Assembly: GCF_963921235.1 (NCBI RefSeq)
Contig: NC_086098.1
Coordinates: 237,894,001 to 237,958,000, forward strand
From: Mobula hypostoma
Lineage: Eukaryota
Length of the DNA: 64,000 nucleotides
Reading direction: 5' to 3'
How positions within the stretch are numbered: position 1 is the first letter of the stretch; each line of letters begins with the position of its first letter. This document shows, piece by piece, positions 49,520 to 62,619 of the stretch. Both the position numbers and the translations under genes were made by a program. Below the pieces are notes generated by a model that was not told the origin of the DNA, did no database searches, and saw only the letters and a list, made by a program, of their open reading frames with translations.

Positions 49520-51694
49520 AAACTTATAATGAAGTTTCACAGGAATTTTTAATCTTTGCTCCATGAGTTTACCTATTCTTCTTTTCCGGTTAATAAATGT
49601 ACCAGTTAATTTGAAACTGCGGGAACACACAAAAACTGCTGGAGGAACTCAGCAGATCAAGCAGCATCTGTGGAAAGAAATAGAATCGTCGTTTAGCGCA
49701 AAGACGCATCACCTATCCTGATGAAGGTACTCGGCCCAAAATGTTGACTCGATTTTTTCATTGTTGTAGCCTGACCTGATGAAGTCCTCCAGCATTGTGC
49801 GTGTGCGAATGTGTGTGCGTGTGTGTTTTTGCTCTGGATCTCCAGCATCTTCAGAATTCTTGTGCTTCTAATGTTATCACAGTGTTCAGAAGCCTGTGTT
49901 GTGAAATGCAAAATGTTCTATGGAGTCGGACACTCTGTCGCGGTGATTTGAATTCTTGATTCATCGCTCAGTGATAGTTGTTTTATTTTCATGTATGCAG
50001 AGCCGTGTGTGTGTTTTATCACGTCTTAACGCAATTTAGCGTATCTCGAGGATGGGAAATGTCACATTATCAGTTGTGGTTTCATAAGGGAGTAAGGTTA
50101 TCAGTGAAAATGAGTTAAGGTACTGGACAGGCGGAGTGTGATTGAAGGGAAGTAGATTCTGGAAGTTTTGACCCGCTTCTGCTCTTCGCTTGTGAGACCT
50201 GTAGGGTTGAACGGCCTTCTTCTGCTGCCACGTTACAGGGTCTATGGAATGAATTGTCTCTCTTGTAGGCAAGGTATTGACTGAGGAACTCCCTTAACTT
50301 TCTTTAAGTTACGACTGGAATCCGAACAGCTCATTATGAGTTTGTAGACATCAGCAAAATGAATGGTAATTCATGGGATATCAGCAATCCAACGGGAATT
50401 CGGAAAGGACATTTGCGGAGCGTATGAGCGTATGACTAATGCAGCGCGTAACGGTGAAAGACCTGCATTCAATATTCACCTTATGTCTCCAAATAGATTG
50501 GACATCAATCCCACGACCGCTCTTGAGGAAGTAAAGGGAATTCTCTCTTTTTGAGATTTCGCAATGCCCTTCTGCCATTATTACTCTGTGTCGTACATGT
50601 CATTTGCGAGTACGCCATATCATGTCTTTCCTTATTATTAATTTCCTTCCCAGGACTGAAGTGGTGATAAGGACTATGGGAAAGTTTATCACATGTATCT
50701 TCGCCATTGAAACTGGTTTGCCAATTACATCCCGTGTATGGCTGCCTTCTTCTACTACCACATGGCAGATGTTACTTGGAGAAAATCACACTTCCACTGG
50801 CATTTTAAACGTTTATGCCCAGTATGACTTGCGATTCAGCAATAATATACTTAGACGGAATATTGTCGTTGTAACTCCGCCGTGGTTTGTCCCAAGACCG
50901 GCTGCGAAAGGAGGAGGGTTGGGCCTTGGGCTAGCAACCCCAATCTGTGAACCCCAGAGCTACAGAAACTCCATGAGAAGATCCAAAGACCCTATCGATG
51001 GGAGAGGAAGTATTTGTCGGCGTTCTAAATTCCAGTGGGGGTGATGAGCTTCAGACAAAGAAGGTATTGGCTTTGCAGCTGACACAGTTAATTTAGTGTT
51101 ACGAGAAATAAATCTGCTGTACTGATTCGGAAAATAGATGTATCACTGGACATCGAGGAAAGGTGTCAATCTGATCTGTTTTCATTCGTCATGCATTTAA
51201 CTGCTTTACGACTTTCTTAGTGCGAACCCAGAGAAGGTGAAGCAGGCAATAAAAGGGCGCTCACTGAGATGCTGTTGCGCCACCCTCCCCCGAAAGATGG
51301 TGCGATGATTAAAAGTATATTTATACGGTACCTTCCACTTGTCACGTCATTCCTATCATGCAAATCAGTCCTGAGTTACACAAATGGATATTGCTCCGGA
51401 ATATGCGGAGTATAAAGGTCGATACCAAGAGCAATACCACAGCTTCTTATAATTAAACGCAATTTCGGGATTTAATTGTATGCGCATGGGAGCAAGCTAT
51501 TTAGTCTCGCTTTCATAATATATCGTCTCATTCCAAGAGCAAAGGCAAGGATATGATTAGTGATATTTGTCACATATATATCGGCACATACATTGAAATG
51601 CAATGTTTGTGTTAACAACCACCATAGTCCGAAGTAGCCCACAAATGTCGTAATGCTTTGGACGTCAGTATATCATACCCACAGCTCATCTACA

Positions 51695-52130
51695 CACTCA
51701 GTGCCCACTTTATTAGGTATTGCTGAACGTTAATGCAAATTTCTAATCAACAAGTCATGAGGCAGCAACTCAATCCCATAGAAGAATTCAGACATGATCA
51801 GGAGGTTCGTTTATTGTTGACACCGAACATCAAAATGAAGAACAAAGGTGATCAAGGTGGCATTGAATCTGACATGATTGTGGGTACTAGCCTGAGTTTT
51901 TTGGGTATCTCGGAAACTGCGTATCTCCTGGATTTTTCTGGCACAAAATTCTCTAAAGTATACAGAGAATGTGCAAAAAATAAACAAAAAAGCCAGTGTA
52001 TGACAGGTCTGTGGACGAAAACACCTTGTTAATGAGAGAGGGCAGAGGAACATGACTATACTGACGCAAGCTGACAGAAAAGCGACAGCAACTGAAATAA
52101 TCATGCGTTACAAGAGTGATATGCGGAATA
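51695..52130 (+). mobile_element. Tc1/mariner remnant (left TIR plus transposase N-terminus)
   Basis: TIR CACTCAGTGCCCACTTTATTAGGT, and ORF 51733-52032 KGDQGGIESDMIVG...ISETAYLLDFS...SKVYRE (paired-like HTH). Confidence 0.75.
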
Positions 52131-52144
52131 ATGAGCAGAGACCT

Positions 52145-54656
52145 CAATAAATCCCTCCCTCTGCCAACCCGACGTCGGCATGTAACATCATTTACACCGT
52201 CATAGCCAGATTAGAAACCCAGCACCCGAGTGCCCTCATTACCATCTCGGGTAACGTCAACCAGGTTACCATGGCTAGTATGTGAGCTGTACAACCAGAG
52301 GGGAGAGGACTCTGGATTTGATGTACGCTAACGTTAAGGATACGTACAGCTCCTCTCCCCTCCCCCCACTGGGGGAGGTCAGATCACAACCTGGTGCATC
52401 TAAAACCCTGCTACGTGCCTCTGGTGAAGAGTAAACCTGCAACCTCGAGGACAGTGAGGAAATGGTCGGAGGAGGCTTATGAGGCGCTCCAAGGTTGTTT
52501 TGAGGTGACAGACTGGCAGGCACTCGGTGAGCCACATGGAGAGGATATTGATGGGCTCACAGAGTGCATCACTGATTACATCAACTTCTGTGTGGACTGC
52601 AATGTTCCGACAAGAACTGCCCTTTGTTATTAAAATAACAAGCCATGGGTGACAAAGCACATTAAGGACATCCTGAACGCTAAAATCTCTAGGGCGTTTA
52701 GAGATGGAAATAGGGAGGAGCTGAGGGCAATACAGAGATGCCTGAAAGCCAGGATCAGGGAGGCTAAAGACAGGTACAGGAGGAAGCTTGAGTGGGAACT
52801 CCAGCAGAACAACATGAGATAGGTCTGGAGGGGGATGAGGACCATCATTGGGTTCCGGCAAACTTGCAACAGAGGAGCGGAAGGCAGTGTGGATAGGGTC
52901 AATGAACTTAACCTGTTCTTTAACAGATTTGACATTGTGGCCCCTGCCCATCCCACACATGAGTCATCTGTTGTCGGCCCCCAACCAACGCATATTCCAC
53001 TCTCCCCTCCTACCCCTCCTCACAGTCCCCCACCCTGCTCTCATGACTATACCCCTTCCCCACACGAAACCACCACGGTCGGCTTCACAACTGAACAGGT
53101 GAGAAGACAACTGAAACGTCTCAACCCAAGCAAGACTGCAGGACCAGATGGTGTCAGTACCGGGGTGCTCAAAGCCTGTGCCCCTCAGCTATGTGGAGTA
53201 CTTCGCCATGTATTCAACCTGAGCATGAGGCTCCGGAGGGTTCCTGTACTGTGGATGACGTCCTGCCTCGTCCCTGTGCCGAAGTCGCCGCGCCCCAGCG
53301 GCCTCAATGACTACAGACCGGTGGCATTGACCTCCCACGTCATGAAGACCCTGGACAGACTTGTTCTGGAGCTGCTCCGGCCTATGGTCAGGCCACACTT
53401 AGATCCCCTCCAGTTAGCCTACCAGCCCCGACTAGGAGTTGAGGATGCCATCGTCCACCTGCTGAACCGTGTTTACGCCCACCTGGACAAGCCAGCGAGC
53501 ACTGTGAGCGCCATGTTTTTTGACTTCTCCCGTGCGTTCAACACCATCCGCCCTGTTCTGCTGGGGGAGAAGCTGACAGCGATGCAGTTGGATGCTTCCC
53601 TGGTATCATGGATTCTTGATTACCTGACTGGTAGACCACAGTACGTGTGTTTGCAACACTGTGTGTCCGACCGAGTGATCAGCAGCACTGGGGCTCCACA
53701 GGAGACTGTTTTGTCTCCTTTTCTCTTCACCATTTACACCTTGGACTTCAACTACTGCACAGAGTCTTGTCATCTTCAGAAGTTTTCGGATGACTCTGCC
53801 ATAGTTGGATGCATCAGCAAGGGTGATGAGGCTGAGTACAGGGCTACGGTAGGAAACTTTGTTACATGGTGTGAGCAAAATTATCTGCAGCTTAATGTGA
53901 AAAAGACTAAGGAGCTGTTGGTGTACCTGAGGAGAGCTAAGGTACCGGTGACCCATGTTTCCATCCAGGGGGTCAGTGTGGACATGGTGGAGGATTACAA
54001 ATACCTGGCGATACGAATTGACAATAAACTGGACTGGTCAAAGAACACTGAGGCTGTCTGCAAGAAGGGTCAGAGCCGTCTCTATTTCCTCAGGAGACTG
54101 AGGTCCCTTTAACATCTGCCAGACGATGCTGAGGATGTTCTATGAGTCTGTGGTGACCACTGCTATCATGTTTGCTTTTGTGTGCTGGGGCAGCAGGCTG
54201 AGGGTAGCAGACACCAACAGAATCAACAAACCTATCCGTAAGGCCAGTGATGTTGTGGGGATGGAACTGGACTCTCCGATGGTGGTGTCTGAAAAGAGGA
54301 TGCTGTCTAAGTTGCATGCCATCTTGGTCAATGTCTCCCATCCACTACATAATATACTGGGTGGGCACAGGAGTACATTCAGCCAGAGACTCATTCCACC
54401 GAGATGCATCACATAGCGTCATAGGAAGTCATTCTTGGCTGTGGCCATCAAGCTTTACAACTCTTCCCTTGGAGGGTCAGACACCCTGAGCCAATAGGCT
54501 GGTCCTGGACGTATTTCATAATTTACTGGCATAATTTACATATTACTATTTAACTATTTATGGTTCTATTAATATGTTTTATTTATGGTGCAACTGTAAC
54601 GAAAACCAGTTTCCCCCGGGATCAATAAAGTATGACTATGACTATGACTATGACTA
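52145..54656 (+). mobile_element. Rex1/Babar-type LINE, 5'-truncated, fairly young
   Basis: ORF 52835-54112 (425 aa) carries RT motifs AGPDG, NDYRPVALTS, LDPLQLAY, FFDFSRAFNTI and QKFSDDSAIVG. The 3' end is AATAAAG(TATGAC)n. Confidence 0.9.
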
Positions 54657-55365
54657 AAACTTAGTTGGATACGCAACGATAAACTTCAACACTGTCCTAG
54701 ATTATCATCAGGCTTTATCTTGAATTCAAAAGCCATCATTTTACATTAATCTATCGCGTTGAAACTCTCTTCCGGTTCTTTGAATTGAGATAGATTCACA
54801 TATTTCTCCCACGCAAGCACGTCCATCTTTCGTTCACTTTGAACATGTCTCACCTCAACATTTCCTGTGTGAAACACAAGTTTCAGTTTCTCCATGCTGT
54901 CTCCATTAACAATCATGTGAATGAAATGATCATTGGATCTCAAGGTTTGTAACACCCTTGGGAAGGTTTCACTGCTAACTTAGTGGCCTTCCTTTAGAAG
55001 CAGTGTTTGGGTTATGGTTGGAGATAAATAATGCTTTAGAATGTGAGCTGCATCTATCGTTCGGCGTGAGATGAAGAGAGTAGACGCTGAGTAGATCCAG
55101 TCATAGGACACGATCTGGTGGGGAAATTGTGATTAGAAGGAGGCAGAAGCGAGATGGACTGAGGATTGGTGTATTGTGCTCCAACAGTGCACATTTCACT
55201 CTTTAATTATAATAGGCTCTTTTTGTTTTTTCTTTGTTTTCTTTGCTAACCCTTTAGTTAAGATTCATAAATATATTTCCTTTAATCGTATGCAGCGTGT
55301 TGCCTGTTGTTTCTTGGCACTGAGTTGTTACAGGGTGGCAAATTACACAACATACGCACAAACGT

Positions 55366-55660
55366 GTGGGCACGTGGCCAAGTGGTTACGGCATTGGACT
55401 AGCGACCTGAAGGTCGTGAGTTCGAGCCCCAGCCGAGGCAACATGTGTTGTGTCCTTAAATAAGGCACTTAATCACACATTGCTCTGCGACGACACTGGT
55501 GCCAAGCTGTATGGGTCCTAATGCCCTTCCTTTGGAAAACATTGGTGTCGTGGAGAGGGGAGACTTGCAGCATGGGCAACTGCTGGTCTTCCATACAAAC
55601 TTGCCCTGGAGAGTGAAGACTTTCCAGGCGCAGATCCATGGTCTCGCAAGACTAAGAGCC
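55366..55660 (+). mobile_element. tRNA-derived SINE (CORE-like body)
   Basis: A box TGGCCAAGTGG, B box GTTCGAGCC, then GTGTCCTT...AAGGCACTTAA. The body does not fold as a complete tRNA. Confidence 0.7.
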
Positions 55661-56179
55661 GGGACTGCTCTTTTCTCTTTTTTTTTACACACAAACTTCC
55701 CTTTGGGGCAGAAAACCGTCTCAATCTGCTGGATTTCTAAATCTTCCCAACCCATGGATGCGGTCTTTGTAGCTTCTGTTTGACTTTCACTAGAAACATA
55801 GAAACACAGAAAACCGACAGCACAATACAGGGCCTTCGGCCCACAAAGCTTTGCCGAACATATCCTTACCTCAGAACTGCCTATGCTCAGCCATAGCCCT
55901 CTATTTTCCTATACTCCATGTATCCATCCAGGATTCTCTTAAGAGTCCCTATCGTTTAAGCCTCCACCATGGTCGCCGGCAGCCCATTTCAAACACTCAC
56001 CACTCTGCGTAAAAAACCTACCACTGATATCTCCTCTATACAGATTTCCAAGCACCTTAAAGCTCTGTCCTCCTGTGCTAGCCATTTCAGCCCTGGGTAA
56101 AAGCCTCTGACTAGCCACACGATCAATGCCTCTCATGATCTTGTACACCTCTGTCAGGTCACCTCTCATCCTCTGTCGC

Positions 56180-57596
56180 TGTCACAATGGGAGCGCTGGT
56201 AGCGGACCCAAATGCAAGACACAGACACTGAAGTACTAGGAACAGGACTTGACTAGAGTAGGGACGTGACAGGGTACAGACAAGGAGCAGGGACAAGAAC
56301 GCAGACTAGGGCTAGGACATGGACAAGACAGGGAACCCGGACAAGGAACTATGCACCAGGAACCTGGGCTTCGGCTCCGAGCCGGAGGCTGGACAAGGAC
56401 CCAAAACCTGGGTCTTGCCTATGGCTCGGGCCCCGGAACCAGGCAAAGACATGTCATGACTATAGGATAGGAAGTGGCTGGGTTCTAGAGGGTTGGGGCT
56501 GCAGGCTGTGGTCTTGGTCTTGAGGCTTGAGGCTGGGATCCTGGTCTTGAGGCTTGAGACTGGGGTCTTGGTCTTGAGGCTTGAGGTTGGGGCCTTGGTC
56601 TTGAGGCTTGCGTCTGGAGTCTTGGTCTTGAGGCTTGAGGCTCGGGTCTTGGTCTTCATCCTTAAGGCTCGGGTCTTGGTCTTGAGGATTGAAGCTAGGC
56701 TGGGGTCTTGGGGCTTGAGCTTGAAGACAGGCTGGGGTCTTGAGGCTTGCGCTTGGAGACAGGCTGGGGTCTTGGGGCTTGAGGCTTCAGCCTGGGAGCT
56801 GGGATCTTGGAATGCGGAAGGTGATAATGCGGAGACTGGAGCTCGGAGACACACTGGGAACTGTACATTAACATAGAACCAGGACTTACCCTTCGAAAAG
56901 CCGGACTCATCTTTAGCACGACACCGACATGTGACTGGACAGAACATAGACATAGATCCGGGGCTTACACTCAGACAAGCCGGGACTCAACTTTATCTCC
57001 ACACAAAGGTGGGAAAGATCCCGCCGTCGGGTAACGGCAGAACGGTCTGACTTACCCACGGAGGCAAGGACAAGACAAGACAGATCTCCCTGCAGGGCAA
57101 CGGCAGAACGGCCTGTCTCACCCCACGGAGGCGAGAACAAGAAGAGACAAACATCGAAGAACGACAGACAGTACCATCTCTGTTTCGGCGAGTCGCCAGT
57201 CGACCTCCGCTGCCTACGGAAACAGCCGGAACCCTACCTAGCTCTGAGTGTCTGACGGCCACTCAGCTGGCCGGGAAACGTCCCAATCCATACCTCAAAG
57301 ACTGCTACGACTACTGACAGCAAGGCTCTATGAGGGGATGGTTCCGTAACGCGGCCTAAAGATGGTAAGCGGCCGCTCTAGCCTTCCACCGGCAGGTTGC
57401 TCCCAGGGGACCTTGACAAGACAAACCAGCAGCCCACATTCGTCCCAAAGGCTACTTATATTCCAAGCCCCAAGATGGGAATCAGGTGCCTCTGATTAAT
57501 TCAACCAAAACAACGGACAGCTGGAAGACCCGCAGTCCTGAGTCCACGGACCAGACCGTGAACTGGAATGCGGACTTTACGGACCGGACGATGACA
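56180..57596. mobile_element. 1417-bp LTR-type insertion (probable solo LTR) with a 5-bp TSD and an internal 27-bp minisatellite
   Basis: TGTCA...TGACA termini; GTCGC at 56175-56179 and 57597-57601. Removing it restores CR1 sequence CTCTGTCGCTCCAAGG. Confidence 0.85.
56505..56800. repeat. 27-bp tandem repeat (GTCTTGGTCTTGAGGCTTGAGGCTGGG)
   Basis: About seven clear copies plus degenerate ones; translates as SSLKTKTPA-like repeats in ORF 56312-56953. Confidence 0.9.
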
Positions 57597-60229
57597 GTCG
57601 CTCCAAGGAGCAAAGGCCGAGTTCACTCGACCTATTCTCTTAAGGCATCTCCTCAATCCAGGCAACATCCTCGTAAATCTCCACTGCACCCTCTCTATGC
57701 TTTCCGCGTCATTCCAGTAGTGAGGAGACCAGAACTGAGCACAGTACTCCAAGTACGGTCTGATCAGGGTCCTATAGAGGTGCAACAGTACCTCTCGGTT
57801 CTTAAACTCAGACCCACGATTGATGAAGACCAATGAACCGTATGTCTTCTTAACCACAGGTTCAACCTGCGTAGCAGCTCTGAGTGTCCTATGGACTCGG
57901 ACAGCAGGATCCCTCTCCTCCTCCACACTGCCAAAAGCCTTGCCATTCATGCTATATTCCGCCTTCATATTTTACCTACCAAAGTGAACCACCTAAGACT
58001 TATCTGGGTTGAACTCCATCTGCTACTGCTCAGCCCAGTTTTGCATCCTGTCAATGTCCCGCGTAATATCTGATAACCCTCCACACTATCCATAACACCC
58101 CCAACCTTTGTGTCATCAGCAGATTTGCTAACCCATCCTTCATCCAGGGCATTTATAAAAATCACAAAGAGTAGGTGTCCCTGAACAGATCCCTGGTCAC
58201 CGGACTCCATGCAGAATATGACCCGTCTACATCCACTCTTTGCCTACTGTGGACAAACCTGTTCTGGATCCAGAACGCATTGTCCCTTTCGTCCGATGCC
58301 TCCTTTCTTTTTCAGTAAGCCTTGCTTGGAATACCTTCTCAAATGCCTTGCTAAAAGTCCATATACACTATATCTACGGCTCTACGTTCATCAATGTGTT
58401 TAGTCACATTGTCAAAATATTCAATCAGATTTGTAAGGTTCGACGTACTTTTGACAAAGCCATGCTGACTATTCCTAATCATATTATGCCTCTCCAAATT
58501 TTCATAAATCCTGCGTCTCAGGATCTTCTCCATCAACTTACCAATCATCGAAATAAGCTTCACTAGTCTATAATTTCCTGGGCTATCCATACTCACTTTC
58601 TTGAATAAGGGAACAACATCCACAACCCACCAATCCTCCAGAAACTCTCCCGTCCTCATTGATGATGCAAAAATCATCGCCAGAGGCTCAGCAAACTCAT
58701 CTCTCTCTTCCCACAGTAGCCTGGGATACATCCGGTACGGTTCCGGTGAATTATCCAACTTGATGCTTTCCAAAAGCTCCAGCACATCCACTTCCTTAAT
58801 ATCTTCATACTCAAGCTTTTCAGTCCGCTGAAAGTTATCCTTACAATCGCCAAGATCCTTTTCCGTAGTGAATACTGAAGCAAAGCATTCATTAAGTACC
58901 TCTGCCATCTACTCTGGTTCCATAGACACTTTTCCACCTTCACACTTGATTGGTCCTATTCTCTTTCATCTTATCCTCTTGCTCTTCACATACTTGTAGA
59001 ATGCCTTGGGTTTTCCTTAATCCTGTCCGCCAAGACTTTCTCATGGTCCTTTCTATCTCTCCTAATTTCATTCTTAAGCTCCTTCCTGCTAGCCTTGTAA
59101 TCTTCTAGATCTCTATCGTTACCTTGTTCTTTCAACCTTTCATAAGCTCTACTTTTCTTCTTGACCAGATTTACAGCAGCGTTTGTAAACCAAGGTTCCT
59201 GTACCCTACCATACTTGCACTGTCTCATTGGAACAGTGAGAACTATGCAGTTCTCCACGCAAATATCCTCTGAACATTTTCCACATTTCTTTTAAATCTC
59301 CCTGAGAACATCTGTTCCCAATTTATGTTTCCAAGTTCATGCCTGATAGCTTCATATTTCCCCTTACGCCAATTAAACGGTTTCCTAACTTATCTGTTGC
59401 TATCTCTCCCCAATGATCTGGTAAAGGAGATAGATTTGTGATTACTATCTCCAAAATGCTCTCCCGCTGAGCGACCTGACACCTGACCAGGTTCATTTCC
59501 CAATACCAGATGAAGTACAGCCTCTCCTCTTGTAGGCTTCTCTACATATTGTGTTCACAAACCTTCCTGGACACACCTAACAAACTCTACCCCATCTAAA
59601 CCCCTCACTCTACGCAGATACGAATCAATATTTGGGAAATTAATATCTCCCACAACAACAACCCTGTTATTATTACTCCTTTCCAGAAATGTCTCCCTAT
59701 CTGCTCCTAGATGTCCCTTTTACTATTTTCTTACTATAAAAAACACCCAGTAGAGTTATTGACCCCTTCCTGTTCCTAAATTCCACCCACAGAGAATCCG
59801 TAGACAACTCCTCCATGACTTCCACCTTTTCTGCAGCAGTGGCACTGTCTCTGATCACCCTCCCACCTCTTCTGCCTCCCTCCCTGTGCTTTCTGAAACA
59901 TCTTAAGCCTGGCACTTGAAGTAGCCATTCCTGCCCCTGCACCATCCAAGTCTCTGTGATGGACACAATATCATAGCTCCAAATGCTGATCCACGCTCTG
60001 GCTCCGGGTTTTTGCAGGATGGGTTTTCTCGCCTCGTGCCCAACAAAGGGACAACAAAGGAACGGTCGCAGAAAGCGGGTGATGGGCTACGGGACTGGTT
60101 CTAGTCGGTGGACTGGGCCGCGTTCAGTGACACATCTGAGTATCAGAATGAACACAGAATGATTGTCACGGAGTATCTAAAAAGAGCTGTACACGAGTGA
60201 GTACTCCGAAAATCATTCAGAATCTTTCC

Positions 60230-62080
60230 CCACCAGGGACCCTGGTTGGACTATGAGATCCGCAATCTGAAGAGAGCTAGATCACTGGATTTCAGATCTG
60301 GCAGGAAAGTAAGATACAAGACTTCCAGGTACGATCTCCGGAAAGCCATATCACGGGCGATGTAGCAATTCCGGACTAATCTTCAATCACTGGAGGATGC
60401 TCTACAGCTGTGGGAAGGCTTGAATGTCATTACCTCTTACCAACTGAAACTAAGCGACAGCAGGACATTGAAGCCAGATGAGTTCAATGTCTTCTAAAGT
60501 CGATTTGACCGTCAAAACATGGAGGAACGTTCAGGAACTCCTACAGTCCATGATAGCCCGGTGATCTCAGTCTTGAGGTTGAAATGTGAGTAGCCTTCAG
60601 ACGAGTGAACACACGGAAATCATCCGGCGCAAATGGAGTACCTGGCCATGTATGAAAAAACCTATTCTAATCAACTGGCTGGAGTGTCCGCAAATGTCTT
60701 TAATCTTATATTTTAGCAGTGTGATATACTCGCAATCTTCAAGCAGGCTTCAATTATACCGGTGCCTTAGAAGATCGTGGGAATCCTCCTCAGTGACTCT
60801 CGTTCAGTCGCACTAATTACATCCGCAGTGATTAAGCGCTTTGAGACGTTGGTGATGAAGCGTATCAACAGCTGCCTGAGAAACGCCCTGGATCATCTCC
60901 AATTTGCCTATTGGCATAACAGAAGCTCAGCAAGTACTTTTTCATTGCCTTCTCACTCACCCCTGGAACATCTAGACAGCAAGAATGCATACAACGGGAT
61001 GGTCTTTATCAAGGACCGTTCGTCATTCATCACCATTACCCCCGAAATCTAAACCAATAAGCTTCAAGAGCTTGGCCTTAATGCCTCCTTGTGCAATTGG
61101 ATCCTCGATTTCCTCAATTCTAGACCGTTTGGACTCGCAAAAGAAATTCTTACACAATTTTCATCAGCACGTCTGCACAAAAAGGACGTGTACTTAGACA
61201 CAATTTTACTCGCTGTATAGTTATGAATGTGAGGCTAAGCACAGCTACAAGCCATATATCAGTTTGCTAACAACACCATTGTTGTTGTCCCAATCAAAGC
61301 TGGTGACGAATCAACAGATCGGAGGAAGTTTGAAAATCTGGCTCAATGGTGCCACAACAACATCCTTTCACTCAAGGTAAACAAAAGAAAGAGCTGAATA
61401 TTGACTTCAGGAGAAGGAAACTGTAGGTCCAAGAACCAGTCCTACTTCGACGATCAGGGGTGGAGAGGATCAGCAATTTTTAAATCCTCAGTGATTCTGT
61501 TTCAAAGATTCTGTCCTGGGCTCTGCATGAAAGTGCAGTTACAACGAAAGTACGGCGCCGTCCCTACTTCCTTAGAAGCTTACGAAGCATCGGCATGACA
61601 TCTAAAACTTTTACAAACGTCCATAGATGTGCAGTAGAGGGTGTATTGATTGTTTGCGTCGCGGCCTGGCATGGAAACGCACCAATGCGCTTGCACGGAA
61701 AATCCTGTAAAAAGTAGCAGCTGACGTACAGTCCATTACGGTCAATTCGTTCCCACAATTTGAGACATCTGGAAAGAAAGGCTGTCCCCGGAAAGCAGCA
61801 TCAATCATCGAGCACTCCCACCACACAGACAATGATCTCTTTTCTCATGTTCTTCATGTATCGGTTATATATATATATTTATTTATTTATTTATTTTCAT
61901 TTTCTATTTACACAGTTTGTTGCCTTTTGCTCAGAATTCATTTCTATTCTGTTGGGTGTGGTCTTTCATTGATTCTACTGTGGTTCGTGAACTTACTGAC
62001 TAAGCCCAAAAGGAAACGAATTTTAGCTTTTCATACGGTGACATATGTGCACTTTGATTACAAATTTACATTGAACTTTG
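60230..62080 (+). mobile_element. Old Rex1/L2-like LINE, heavily degenerate
   Basis: RSVALITS.VIKRFETLVM...LDHLQFAY motif (ORF 60777-61052) and further RT remnants. Confidence 0.7.
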
Positions 62081-62619
62081 CAATTTGATTCCAAATGTCT
62101 TTACTGTCGAGTACTTAAGCAATCTCCACGCTGACGTATGCAACTGGTTTCATAACCATGCATTCAGCAGCGCAGCAGATGCTCAATTGAGCTCCTGGAT
62201 ATGCATGTGTCAGCTAATTATTATCTCATCGTGATAGTATTTGACTCCATTCTTTCCATTATGGTGCTTGTCGAGAATTGACCCAGCACAGCAACGCTTG
62301 GCTGCCTGCTTACATTCGGCCTTGCCTAAGAAATCGGACAGTCGAGTCAACTAACTCTGAAGACTAGCAGTATTCGTTTTATATTTAGTTATTCCTTTCA
62401 GCCGCAGTGCAGGCTTCGTTTTCCATTTTAGAGTTTTAGTTGACTGTCCTGCTTTGCCTTGCGTTTATTGTTTTATTTTCCCTCTAACTTCGTTCGCATT
62501 GAAGTCTGTGAAATTGAGAAAAGGTTCTGCTTGAGGCCACTGCTGAACAGTCTGACTTTGTTTTCAAGCTTTTCTGCCTCATTCTGAACGCAACCGTCAC
62601 CATCAACAACAAGCAATAG

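Larger units (their letters stand above)
55790..59990 (-). mobile_element. Degenerate CR1 ORF2 (EN to 3' end), split by a solo LTR
   Basis: ORFs 59697-59966 (EN), 58351-58908 (RT; SPGNYRLVKL, QHGFVK) and 57501-57968, then 55939-56169 and the tail. Confidence 0.88.

Noticed and set aside
55366-55440. tRNA gene
   Set aside because: Only A/B boxes; it continues into a SINE body and lacks a full cloverleaf.
60008-60046. GGTTTTTGC nonamer-like motif
   Set aside because: No heptamer at 12 or 23 nt and no J-like segment.
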